This document shows, in pieces, positions 51,679-64,000 of a stretch of 64,000 nucleotides of DNA. The DNA is taken from positions 123,938,001 to 124,002,000 of the forward strand of contig OX597820.1 in NCBI GenBank assembly GCA_951406725.2, given 5' to 3'. Numbering within the stretch: the stretch's first letter is position 1; each line of letters starts with the position of its first letter. The translations under genes were made by a program, and so were the position numbers. A model generated the notes under the pieces. It had not been told where the DNA came from and ran no database searches. It saw only the letters and a program-made list of their open reading frames with translations. This stretch comes from Octopus vulgaris (Eukaryota).

Positions 51679-52802
51679 TCGTAGTGCTTCGTCACTTTCA
51701 ATTATTAGTATTCGTTTTGAATCTTCCATATCGCTGTCATACTGTAGAAACGTTTCATCATTGTCAAGGTAGGCTTATACATTTGGTATGGAAACTCCAA
51801 TATTTGTAAGGTAGGTGGCAGGATAGTTGGAATCAGCGAGCTGGCAGAAACGTTAGCACGCCGGATGAAATGCTTACCGGTATTTCGTCTGCCATTACGT
51901 TCTGAGTTCAAATTCCGCCGAGGTTGACTTTGCCTTTCATCCTTTCAGGGTGGATAAATTAAGTACCAGTTCCGCACTGGGGTCGATGTAATCGACTTAA
52001 TACCTATGTCTGTCCTTGTTTGTCCCCTCTATGTTTAGCCCCTTGTGGGTAATAAAGAAATAGGATAGTTGGAAGTAGCTTACCTCCGACGTCTAATATT
52101 CCTATGAAGCTATGGAAACGGAGATATTTGTGACAATGTACCGTCGTTTAAATTCTAAACTTCACTGGCGATAATTGAGCGGGGAGCATCACAAGATGAA
52201 ATAGGCTTTACTTAATATTTGATAAATAACCCTTACATTTAACTCAACAGCATTTAAAACGTGATTATGGATCCCAATCTAACTATTGTTATTTATAATT
52301 TTCATCTGTATGAAGCCTCGCCTTGCACACGCGATTTTCGTACCTCTAGTATATCTTCAATCCACCTGAATTCTGCTTATGTTTTGTGTATATATAATTT
52401 TCTTGATCGACCACTTTGATTTTTTCCTTTCTCTGAAATTATGATCTTGCAGATAGTCATGTTGAATAATTTTAATTCGATTTACCTGAAAATCTTTGTT
52501 CGTAAACTGTCCAGCACAGATGCTTAAGAGAGAGTGAGAGAGAGATAGAGAGAAAGGGAAAGAGAGAGAGAAAGAGAGAGAGAGAAAGAGAGTGAGAGGT
52601 GGGGGTTAAAGAAACGAAAGAAACTATCTAAAATTGTCAAATGACAATTCTCATTCTAAAGTGATTGTTCTAAACTGTTCCACGGAAATCACATTTAAGT
52701 ATGTTTTGGAAAGAATTTGCCAGTTACGAATTGACCTGGGGATGAATTGATCAACGACGAATTGACCGGGGGCAAATTATCCGACAATGAAATATTCGGA
52801 AA
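51679..52802 (-). mobile_element. Mutator-like (MULE) transposon 5' part, interrupted by a SINE
   Basis: Manual translation: DAPRSIIASEV*NLNDGTLSQISP..LHRNIRRRR and YLDNDETFLQYDSDMEDSKRILIIESDEAL; tandem gaattgacc subrepeats at 52725-52790. Confidence 0.7.
51833..52061 (+). mobile_element. Family B SINE with 13-bp TSD
   Basis: TSD aggatagttggaa at 51820-51832 and 52062-52074. Confidence 0.93.
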
Positions 52803-53087
52803 TATTGAAAACAAGTCTGTTAATCTGCAGACAAAGTTATATATCCTACCTTATCTTCAATAGGTGTTACTCTAAGACATATATAAAAACGAGTTTGGAC
52901 ACTTTAGTAATATATGTAATTTCCATAAATGGAATAGAAATGCATTAAGTAGCTCCAGGTCGCTAGTGACAGACAAAGACGAATGAAGGTAGCCCTCCAT
53001 ACATCAACTCAGTCGTCTCTCTCTCCCTCTATCTATCTATCCATCTGTCTGTGTGTCTACCTGTCTGCCTGTCTGTCTGTCTATCTA

Positions 53088-53144
<57 letters not shown>

Positions 53145-53145
<1 letters not shown>

Positions 53146-53240
53146 CAAAATGTAGAGGACTGACTCCTAAAAATGGACAGCGTGTATGCTAGATATAGAC
53201 GTCAAAATCGCCATTTTCCACGAATAATGTGTTCTCAAGA
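53145..53240 (-). mobile_element. Diverged fragment of the 505-bp unit family
   Basis: tggacag..atgctagatatagacgtcaaa..tcgccatt..ccac..tgttctca matches 50815-50880. Confidence 0.75.
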
Positions 53241-53243
53241 AAT

Positions 53244-53274
<31 letters not shown>

Positions 53275-54715
53275 GACTGTGTATGTGCGACTGTGTGTGT
53301 AAATACTTTTGGGGGGAACGGGGAAACTCCAAGCAAATAAAGCTATAAACGATAGCATATAAATGTTGAGTTAAAACACCTATGAATTGAAAAAGACCAC
53401 TGTTTCTCGTAGAATCCATATCTCTAAATATGATAGATGTTCTACCACCAGCAGCCTCTCAATTTTCTATGCAAACGGGGTTTTAATCCAATAGTTACAC
53501 GTTGCAAATAATAACGTTATATGCTTCGAGTATCACCGTTCCAAAAATTAATTAATTCTTGTATATAGAAGCCTCTAAGTTCTTCGATGTCAACGGTTTG
53601 CTCACAAACACACGCACGCCACACTCACACATACGCACATTCACTCACCCACCCATTCACACACATACACACGAACACAGATATATGTACTCGCTTATTG
53701 TTTTAAACGTTGATCTTTGAAATCTTTTTTGGCTGTGTTAGTCATTTGAAAATATCGTTCTTAGATCTTTTATGTATTCTTTGTCAGTGATTCAGGATCT
53801 GTAATAAATAAATAAGTTAATAAATAAGTAAAAAAATAGTAATAAATAGGTAGGAAAAGATTATGAATGGTGGCTTTTGAAAAAAAAAAACTCCAAAACA
53901 TAATGAAACAATGATAAGGAATTTCAACCCAATGTTTACAAAGACATTCATATATTGATATGCATAAACAACAGGAATTCATTTATTTCGATTATTTTTT
54001 AAATAATAAAAGTATATGTATTCAATTATGAAAGAATTATTATTCTATTTTCCTTTCTGTAACTATGAAGATGCTGTTCTTTTTATTACTGCTGAAAAAA
54101 TGTCATTAGAATCCGAATCACAATATATTTCTACACTTCCAATGCAAACAAATTATATCCAAAATTATACACAAAAAAAAATATATATATATATCCATGC
54201 TTTTGATGCCAGAAAAAACAAAAAAGCTGAGAAAATAAAACATTTTTATATTTAGCTGTTATTTAATGCCCCGCATTTAGCGTCTATTTTACTTAGGGTG
54301 TGGAGATTTGAAGGAGATTTTTGATTGTGAATGATATGGGAGTACAGGAATTGCTAACGACATCATTATGTTATTAGAAACAAACAGTCAGAAACAAATA
54401 TTAATTCAACTACATTGTTAAATATCGAATGTAAAGTAACTGTAACCTGTTGTTAGTGATTGAAATGATGGGGAATTTGGTGTATTCAGTTTTGGCGGAA
54501 ATGATGTCAATTAACTACAAAGTATATCGAGTAACGGGCTAATTTCATTTCCAGGACAACACGTTTGATTGTTGTGTTCGTATGTGTACGTGCACGAATA
54601 ATTCCTGAGCATTTCATTCTCGCATACATGCACGCATGCTCTCTCTCTCTCTCTCTTTCTCTCTCACACACACAGAGTTTTAAGTACGTGCTTTAGTGTG
54701 TTTCTTGAGGATATT

Positions 54716-54762
<47 letters not shown>

Positions 54763-55833
54763 ATGTGTGTTTGCATGTATATGTATATATTTACGCGCAT
54801 CATGAACAAAAGAGAAAGATATATAAATAAGGAAGTTTATACACAGAAGGAAAAGAAAAAATAATAGAAAGCATTCTGAAACATAATCAGTTAAATAACA
54901 GTTTTAATGCACGTACACATACGCATGAACACAAATATCAAATTCGTGATTTCCTGTGCTTGATATAAAGGCTTCTTGATCGCTATATTAAGATTCACTA
55001 TATTCATATATTATTTTGATTATCCCGGAGAGATGAAAGTGAAGAAAACTCGCAGCGTACTACTTAGGCTTTCACACTACTCTTTTAGTGTTCTGACCAT
55101 GAGGTTTCAAACTCATGTTTATTAAATATATTTCGTACAAAAATTTTTGCATTCTCTCCAAGGTTTTTGTTGCTGTTAAATTAATTCCCATAGGTTAGAA
55201 GCAAATACTTTCCTTTTGTAATATTTAAATGGCTCGTTCAGAAGTAGAACAACACATAATTGTATGCGGAGGCTTGAGGTCATTTGGAAGAGAGGCGAGA
55301 AGCTATTCTCTTGCTAAATCTCGATCAAAACGCCCGTAACTGTATACACTCTGCCAAAATCATCTAATAGCCTCGAGCTTTTGTAAAACAGTGTGACCAA
55401 TACTGGAAATGAATCTTCTTTTCTCCTTTACAGAGTTTTGTAAAATGCATCCCTGTTGTGTTATAGATAACATCTCAGCGGTTGTTTCCCTTATCTATAA
55501 TTTGATTAACCGTCGGTGATCGAATACATTAATGTGCACTTGTTAAAGCTTAGATAATATTTCCAGAACTGAGTAAGCACAGTAGGATTTCTTACCACAA
55601 ACTAAATGAAAGCAGAAAGTTTCTACTTATAAAAGATTCATAAGCAGAAACTAAATAAAATTTCGTTAATTAAATTAATTAAAATTAATTAAAATTAGTT
55701 AAAATTTCGTTAATATTGACTCGATATGCTACCGATTCGATATTATATTGCATTACAGAAGGGAATGAGTCAAAGTAATTATAACCTCACCGATAACTGC
55801 ATTGTAACCATAGCAGCCTAATACCATTTTCAA

Positions 55834-55875
55834 TGTCCTGATGAGATATACACAACCGTGTAAATGAAATATAAA
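55834..55875 (+). ncRNA. Decayed hammerhead-like motif
   Basis: CUGAUGA GAUAUACAC AACC GUGUAAAU GAAA; cleavage site and stem I 3' strand absent. Confidence 0.35.
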
Positions 55876-55964
55876 AAAAAATACGATTGTCACCCGTTAC
55901 TTTACTCACACCATTTACCTCTAAAATACCGCGTTTAATGACAAGAAAAACATATATATAGGTT

Positions 55965-56108
55965 CGGGCTTGACTCTGTGATAAGAAGTTTGCTTATCAA
56001 CCACATAATTCCGGGTTTAGTCCCACTGCGTGGCAACTTGAGAATGCGTCTTTTTCTAAAGCCTCGGGCCGACCAAAGCCTGTATGTCGTATAACTAACT
56101 AACTAACT

Positions 56109-56176
<68 letters not shown>

Positions 56177-56342
56177 TATATATAATTATGTGTGACTGTG
56201 TTTATTCTCCTTCCGATACTGGTGTGTTTATGTCGGAAAAAGTGACCGATACAATAAGTTCTGGCATCGATTTGTTCCACTAAAGGCGTTACTCCAGTAT
56301 GGCCGCAGTGAAATGACTGAAAGCAGTAAAAGAATAAAAGAA
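55965..56342 (+). mobile_element. SINE family A with internal microsatellite
   Basis: Head ccgggtttagtcccactgcgtggc..gcctcgggccgaccaaagcc; tail ggccgcagtgaaatgactgaaa..aaaagaataaaag. Confidence 0.85.
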
Positions 56343-57424
56343 TGATGTCATGCAACTCTTCCTTAAAGCAAAAGCTACGTACGATATTTTTGAAATGATT
56401 GTGAGCATAAAAGTGTGAATAAGATTTTCACACCTTTGTTATTACATATTCCGTTTCATAATTTTTGTATAAATGGAGGATGCTATGGATAAAGCCTTCT
56501 ATGTATACTCAGCTATTGTAGAGGCACCAGTGAAGCTAGATAAGTAGTATCGGTGTCTTCACGGAGTTAATATTCTATCGTGTATTATCTATTATCATCT
56601 TGGTTTCCATAGATGCATAAGGTACTTTTGATATTGAAACCTTTATCAAAAATATAAAACGTGCGACGATTCTGATGCAGCCATTATGAAGCAATACAAT
56701 ATACAATATTGATTCAAGTATGCATCTTTGAAACTACGAATCTGTGTAAATTTCTGTTATCCCGAAGTCCATAATTTTCTTTCTTATTATGTATATGAAT
56801 GTGCGTGTGTATGTATGTATGAATGTATGCATGTATGTATGTATGTATGTATATATGTATGTATGTATATATGTATGTATGTATGTATGTATGTAAGTAT
56901 GTATGTAGTTTTGTATGTATGTATGTATGTATATGTATGTATGAATATATCTGTAATAGCGAACATAAATATTTATATATGCATTCATGTATATGCAGAA
57001 GTATGTATGCATGTATGTATTATGTACATATATATTTATATATATGATTGCACAGTAAACATATGCCAGTAATTTTTATCATACTTCTCTAATTTTCTCA
57101 ATTCTTTATTTCTCTTTGATGAAGAGTATAATCAATACATGAGATTCTCTAATATATTTTTAGTTGATATATTTTTTTTTATCGAACGCACTCATTAATT
57201 GGCATTATTTCTTAACTCGTTCTCAACCACATATTTTCCTTATCAAATTCATATTCTCTTTATTTGTCCTCTTACTACCTTATGATATTTCTCATTTTAC
57301 ATTTGTACACACAGGCAAAAGCACACACACGAACACACACTCGCATACGTACATATATATGTACCTACCTACATACACACACACATATATTTATATATGT
57401 GTTACACACACAAACACGCACACA

Positions 57425-57464
<40 letters not shown>

Positions 57465-59039
57465 CATACCCACCAAGTGTTTACAAAATATTGACTAATA
57501 ATTATTTAACTGAATTGAGTGAATTTCATACAGTAATGAACCACATCTAAAGGAACTGTAATAATTTGAACTTCAATAACAATAAGAAAATGAAACTAAA
57601 TTATAAGAAACTTCAGATATTTTTAGAATATTTTTATGTTTTAGTAAAACATCTACTCACAATATGGAGAAAATAAATAAAAGATCATGGCAATGAATGA
57701 CATAGTACATATTTTAGTCAGATATCACCTTCTAAAATCATAGTTTGGTAGCCGTTATGACATAAAATGTTACAATTATCAGAACATTACAGCTGCTGTG
57801 TTTGTGTAGGGCTGATTATTCTATGCTCTAGTTCTTTGCCGTCGAATAACCAGTCGATAAATTGTGAAGGCGGTATAATTTAGATCTATTAGGTGTTTAT
57901 CACTGATGGTTGCTAGATACGTCGACGACATAAACTTCGTTATAAATTACAGTGTCAGTGTTTAAGATTTTTGTGTTGTAGGCTGAAAAATTATATTTCC
58001 TTCAATGAACCCAGTCGTTTGTTATTTCTCTGCAACATTTGGCAACTCGAAATCTATCTAAACTCTTGCATTCCCCATTCGTTTCTTCTGCATCGGAAAA
58101 GCAAATCGCACGCAGATCTAGCATTAATATTAAGATTTATATTCTTAAATATCTTTACTAGCCATAAACAATAATCTTACGTTTTAATCTATTGGGCTCT
58201 CTGGTAATATGTAATAAATATAAGTTTTAAGATTTTCTTCAGAATTTACTACGAGAACGTAGTTTATTTTACATAGTTCCGCAGGCTACACAGCAAATGC
58301 GAAAGAGCTGTATGTTGTTCGTAAAGCGAGCTTCAGATCCCGCTGATACATGATTTAGACAGATGTGATTTTTGAGTAAACAGCGAGAGTATTTTTCATC
58401 GAGGAATGTTTCAATTTTATAAGCACTAATATTAAATTTATTTGTTCGTAGGATTATTGCCTATAGAAGAACGGTGCCATACGAAGACGGAGAGAGAGAG
58501 AGAGCGAGAGAGAGAGAGAGAGAGCGAGAGAGAGCGAGAGAGAGCGGGAGATAGAAACGGGGGATATTCTCTCACGACGAAGGAGTAGAATAAATTGTCC
58601 CATATAGCTTCCAGGTTATAGATGGTATTAGAGTAATTCACAGCCCCTGGCCATCATGATCTGAAAAAGGAAAATAAAAAACAAAACGATTAGACAAAAA
58701 ATGGTGTGAACCTCTGTTGATAAAAATACCTGAAAAGGAGTGTTTCTTGAATATTTACAGGAGATCAATAAGTGTAGGCAGTTCGAAGTGTAACGAAACT
58801 AAAAGATTTCCTTCCCTAGAATTTCTACTCCTCATAGCAACTGAATTTATTCCAAGGAATCTCGAGAAGATACGAAATGATTATATTTTACTCCTATCAA
58901 AGTTCGCTAAAATTAATGAGGTTCATTAAAATTATAAAAGCATCGACATTTAGAAGAAGTTTCTAGAAATATATTCTTCATGTAAGCATAACAAGTAAGA
59001 CATCTGGCGTTTCTGGATGACATTATAACTTCTAAAACT

Positions 59040-59690
59040 GCAGAAGAATTTGTTAATTGGCAGTTTAGCTTAAAGGTAGAGCACTATAACCGGATATTCG
59101 AGGGGAGTGAGCTCGATCCTCATGGCTGGTTGCTGACAAAATTTTCTGCTTTTAAAAGGATTTTATCCTATATATATATGATTTTGATTTTGATTTTGAT
59201 TTTTCCAGTTTCAGCTAATGAGCTGTGGCCATGCTGGGGCACCGCTATTTGGTTTGCTACACGATTTTACCTCACGGATGCTTTTTAGCAAACGCCATCT
59301 GATGCATGAGAGAGTTCGATGCAGCTGCCCTCATCTGCACCTCCTGTCGTGAAGTTGGTTCATCCGGGACATATATATATATATATATACTGTTCAGTAT
59401 CTACGCGTTGACTATATATCTTTCTACTTGTTCTACAATACATTTCAACGCTTCAAAGACAAATTTATGTTTGTTTACATATGAAGTAATCTATATGAAA
59501 TCTAGCGCTCCTCGGTAACATTAGAACACAGAATTTGTTGGTCAGCAGTTGAGTTTATAGGTAGAGCAGTCTTATCGGATATCAGAGTTCGATCCTCACG
59601 GCTGGTTGCCGACAAATTTTATCCTCTATAAAGATACTGTTCAGTATTTACGCCTTGAAAATATATCAGTCTCCTTGTTCTAATATATAT
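59040..59690 (+). repeat. Two tandem diverged units with tRNA-like heads; the first is interrupted by an insertion (~59168-59385)
   Basis: A-box-like tagcttaaaggtagagc / gagtttataggtagagc and B-box-like gag(c/t)tcgatcc in both; shared downstream tactgttcagtat. Confidence 0.6.
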
Positions 59691-60347
59691 ATTAGGTGTA
59701 TTAGAAATTTTAGACGATTTAGGTGGTCTACCATTTTGAAGATTCACATTTTTATTCCTATATTTATCAAACTTTCATTCGCTTTGTGATCTCTATATTT
59801 ATCACGCATAACGTTTTACATGTAATCCTTATTTATACGTGACTTTTTATGAATTTTATATATTTTATATTCTTTTATATCTCTCCTACATACTTATGTA
59901 TGTTTGGTTTTATTCTTTATACCCTTGGAGAATCTTAACGCCTGCACATACAGGGTTTATGTTGATGTGTAAAAATATATATGATTCAATTACGTTGATT
60001 GTGTATCTTCATTTATGCGTTCGGGAATTTAGTTTACTGTCTAGGAGTTGCGATTTTATTTTCCTCTACTTTGTATTATATCGCATTAACTCTCTACGAC
60101 CACTCCGTAAATAGCCCATATATTCTATAACATATTTCCAAAACAGTGTATTTTCCAAATAGGAAAGAAAATAAGGAGAAACCAGACTATATCATTTGTT
60201 TTTCAAATATTTTCATTCATTGTTCATCACGTAAAGGATTGGTCAAATATTTATGTTTCTGCAACGTTTGACCATAACGTCCACGAATAAAGCAATGGGC
60301 GTCATGAAATTTACAACCATTCAAAACCTGATCCTTTACCGTATATA

Positions 60348-60520
60348 TTTTTTTCTTTTGCTCTTGTTTATAAGTTATTTATAAATTTAACCTTTAAAGG
60401 TATTTTTTAATACCTTTCGAAAATTTTTCGAAAAGACTTCTATCAATGGCCAGCATATTAAAAAATACCTTTAAAGGTTAAATTTATAAATAACTTATAA
60501 ACAAGGGCAAAATAAAAAAA
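60348..60520. repeat. Near-perfect hairpin, 65-bp arms
   Basis: 60348-60412 vs 60456-60520. Confidence 0.92.
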
Positions 60521-60629
60521 ATTATAATGCCAAATATGCCAAAAATGAACTTAAATCGTCAATAACCATATACTTCATCACTATATGCACGCGTCTCGAA
60601 GTAAGCCGACAGAAATATCTAAAAAAATT

Positions 60630-60702
60630 CCGTTATTATTATATCGGCCCCGATTTCAGAGTTAATTCATAAGAATATTTTCCTCATCAGCGATAAATAC
60701 GG
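60630..60702 (-). ncRNA. Type I hammerhead ribozyme (slightly decayed)
   Basis: CCGUAUUUAUCG CUGAUGA GGA..UCU GAAA UCGG GG CCGA UA|UAAUAAUAACGG. Confidence 0.75.
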
Positions 60703-60789
60703 TAAGAAATAAATGAAATACTTACTTATACCCATGGAAGAAGCAAACTCTAAGTCCTGAGTACACCTAAGTACCCCAAATATATCCAT

Positions 60790-61230
60790 ATCGCGAACAA
60801 CTACAGGACCTCCTACCTCCTCTTTGTGATTGTACACCCTTTAATCCAGATGTCACCAGATGGTTGTGACATCACATACGATCTCCTCAGCAGGATCAAG
60901 GACTGTAACAACACCTGCAACCTGGCAAGATGTATAGAGGGTAGTATGGATGTGGTATCCCTATACCTATCCATTGACATGGATTTTGCGGTGAAGTGCG
61001 TGAAGAGTGTCAGCGAGAGTGAAGTGTAGTTCTTCAGTGTCAACAAAGAAGAACTGTGCCTCCTACTCAGACTGATATATGACAATGGATATCTAGACAA
61101 ACATGACCTTAGAGGTTTCTGCCCCAGTAGACGTTTAAGAGCTAGACCCACTACAATCACATCTATGGCTAGGAGGACCCCTATAGAGATGGAGCGGATG
61201 GACCAGACATACGGACCCCCGAAAATCAAT
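60790..61230 (+). mobile_element. PLE reverse transcriptase fragment (possibly Naiad-like)
   Basis: IEGSMDVVSLYLSID (PLE RT motif A), then past a TAG: NKEELCLLLRL..LRGFCPSRRLRARPTTIT. Confidence 0.7.
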
Positions 61231-61762
61231 ATCAAGTTAATAAACTGATCGCACATCGACTACGAGCTAGTATAAGAGTTACCCTCAAAGGCCACATGTT
61301 TACTGAACCAAATGGCATTGCTTCAAATAAATCTTGTTTTATGACTATGCCACATAAATTGTCTATTTACTTTGCCCTAACCCAAAATGATACTACACTC
61401 TGTCTTCTCTCAGATTCAATAAACTAGCCTATAAATTAAAACTAACCCCCACCCCCCGTAATCAAATCTAAGTAACAGAAATAATCAGTGATAAGCAGTG
61501 TCGTTTTTGAAAAAAATCTCAATTACAACTGTGACGTTGTTGGTAAAACATGTTCTTTGTCTAGCCCCTTATCTTCTTGGTGATTTTGGATAAAATCATA
61601 CAAATGAGTCCTTCAAATTTAACTAAATTCTATATTCTTATGCAACTGAAGATTGCTCTACTTTTTAAATTGATGTAATGATTGCATTGTTCAATTAAAT
61701 GGTGTCGCATGAAACGATCGTAATGAATCACCTCTGGATATACTTGTTGCTTATTTTGATTT

Positions 61763-61860
<98 letters not shown>

Positions 61861-64000
61861 AAGAATTTATGCATGCTAACTGTAAGTAAGGACGTGAGCA
61901 TAGAAATAAATCAATGCAGTAAAAAATTCCTTATTAGAATGATATTTATGAGTTTAACATTAGATTATGGTACTGGCTTTGACAGCAATACATCGGTGAA
62001 ATTGCCTGACCTAATATATATATAATATCAAGATAAATTCTTCTATGTCGACCGCCAAATTAAGGCTCTCATAATATCAAATTAAAATGAACGTTTCTGT
62101 CAAAGGCTACAATATGCGAATCTCTCAGATATATATCGCTTAATATATTTCCATATCAGCATTAAAATGCTTACACTCATATAAACACGAACAGAGATAC
62201 ACTTATACACACATATATTGAATGTTATGTACGTGTGTGACATATTACTCTTATGAACATTAACATTTTTTTTCTGTTAACTGTTACTCGATTACAATAT
62301 TTTCGTACCGATCTAATTGAGATAGAATGTATGGGGATTCAGAGCGTTTCCATTAATCATTGCATATACATATATATCATCGCTCAAATAGTTATCGATG
62401 AAACGGTAAAATCGGGCCATAAATAAAAGGCAGAACAACATAAATGTAATAAAATCATGCTTGGGGAGAACATCTGTATATCATCTTTAGAATAATAACA
62501 ATCTTGTAAGTTCAAGAAACGTATTACAAATTTCTAAGTGCTAAAACCATTTTTATTACACCTTTCTCGAAAAATATACCATTTTTGTTTTAAAAATATC
62601 GAAATGTATTGCTGAACTATATGCCTGTCTGCTGCTTCGAGGTGAACGATTTAATGAGTAAAATGTTAATGCTTCAAGCAATATTTTCCAACAATAATTT
62701 TGTTTCGTCCACTGTACATGAATTGTGATTACTTCTTATTGTAAATTCATCCTGAACCGACGACAAAACGTTCTACGTCTGTCACTTTGGCGCTTTGTTT
62801 TATATCAAACTACAGGGAGGTTATTTCATAAACTGGACTGAAAAGACTTGAGAAAGTGTCGAAAAATGTCCATTGTGTTCATTGCCTTGACACTGTCTAA
62901 CTAGGCACTCGATCAGAAGTAAAAAAGGATAGAGGAATAAAAATAAACCAAGGTCTAGTGATTCAGATTGCATTTGCGTTTTTTACTAAGTGCAAGAGTT
63001 TCGGCAATCAGGTGACTTCACTGTGGCAAACGCAACAATCTCGATATTCATAATAGAAATGGCTATTATGTTACTCTTAACGCGAAAACTTCAGAGGCAC
63101 AGGTCTCCTTCACAGCTGGCATGAATACTTGACAGATGTTCTAAATTAAAGTTCTATATTACATCATACAGTTTACCATCAGATTTGAGACGAAGTTTAT
63201 TGGTTTGATGAGAACTCGTGTATAATCGAAAGGCTCCTGCATAGAAAGATCAACAAAGCAGTTCTGGACAACCTCCCAAATCAAACCCTAGCAGAATTAG
63301 TGATGACCTCTTCTGTATGAGTAACTACCCACGAGATCTAGGTGAATATTTTAAAGTCCGTTTCTTTATTAAGATATAAATCATATACGGCTGAAATATT
63401 TCTTTTATAACGACCGAAAATTCATCAGATATCCCATATCTATAGAATAGCGTCTCTAAAACAACAGTGTACAAGGAAGAATGCCTCATCCAGTGAATAC
63501 GTTTCTAAAATTCTCATCATCTAATAAGTTGAGGTATCACCGTAATTTACTGCAAGTAGTGTTCTTCGCAAAATGTTAAAGACCTAGAAATATACTGAAA
63601 TGGGGAGAATTCAAACATAAATGGACAAGGTACGGTCTGCACATGACAAAAATACCTCTTCAAAGTTGCTTGGCTGGAACTTTGATATTGGAAGATAGCT
63701 AAATTTGTTATCGTGTATAAAAACGAAAGGACAAATTTCTTTCATTAGACTATGCGTTTTTGATACTTTTATTTTATTGAAAGTCTTGTTACATTCTAAG
63801 ATTCAACAATTGGTCTCATTGATTTCAAAACCGTCATACGCGAATCACAGTGCTTCGTATAATGCAGCTTCGAAGTAAATATAAGTATTACCATCTGAAG
63901 GTGTATATGGAATTTCTAGATATATCAAAAACACCTGTACAAATGAAACACATGTGAAATATTTTCATGAAGTTTGAAGGTCTTGTTATAGAGAAAGAAG

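Noticed and set aside
52720-52800. Short spaced gaattgacc repeats resembling a CRISPR-like array
   Set aside because: Repeats and spacers are far too short and the context is eukaryotic; explained as MULE terminal subrepeats.
63385-63435. Minus-strand CUGAUGA...GAAA
   Set aside because: Stems I and III do not pair in register; likely chance. The same applies to the motifs at 1311, 5327, 9948 and 11072.

Overview
AT-rich, microsatellite-dense animal DNA. The SINE families and repeat landscape suggest Octopus (inference from recalled repeats, no search run). No host protein-coding gene can be supported; most listed ORFs are microsatellite translations. The window is a mosaic of decayed transposons: Tc1/mariner (Tc1, DD37E, maT-like, D,D34D mariner, pogo/Tigger), MULE, non-autonomous Helitrons, Penelope-like elements (PLEs), a LINE fragment, tRNA-derived SINEs and a 5S rRNA-derived copy. 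A ~9.1 kb block is duplicated either side of a 100-N gap, probably two uncollapsed haplotypes. The main signal is a dense set of short, mostly non-coding, PLE-type elements carrying minimal type I hammerhead ribozymes (HHRs), about 15 intact or decayed motifs read by eye. Different families show C3-G8, G3-C8 and A3-U8 at the core tertiary pair, palindromic stem III and long stem II extensions. They often have a fold-back architecture and sit next to (TA)n, and one head-to-tail dimer has HHRs 505 nt apart (retrozyme/circRNA-like). All folds and alignments were done by eye; element ends are approximate unless a TIR or TSD is given.
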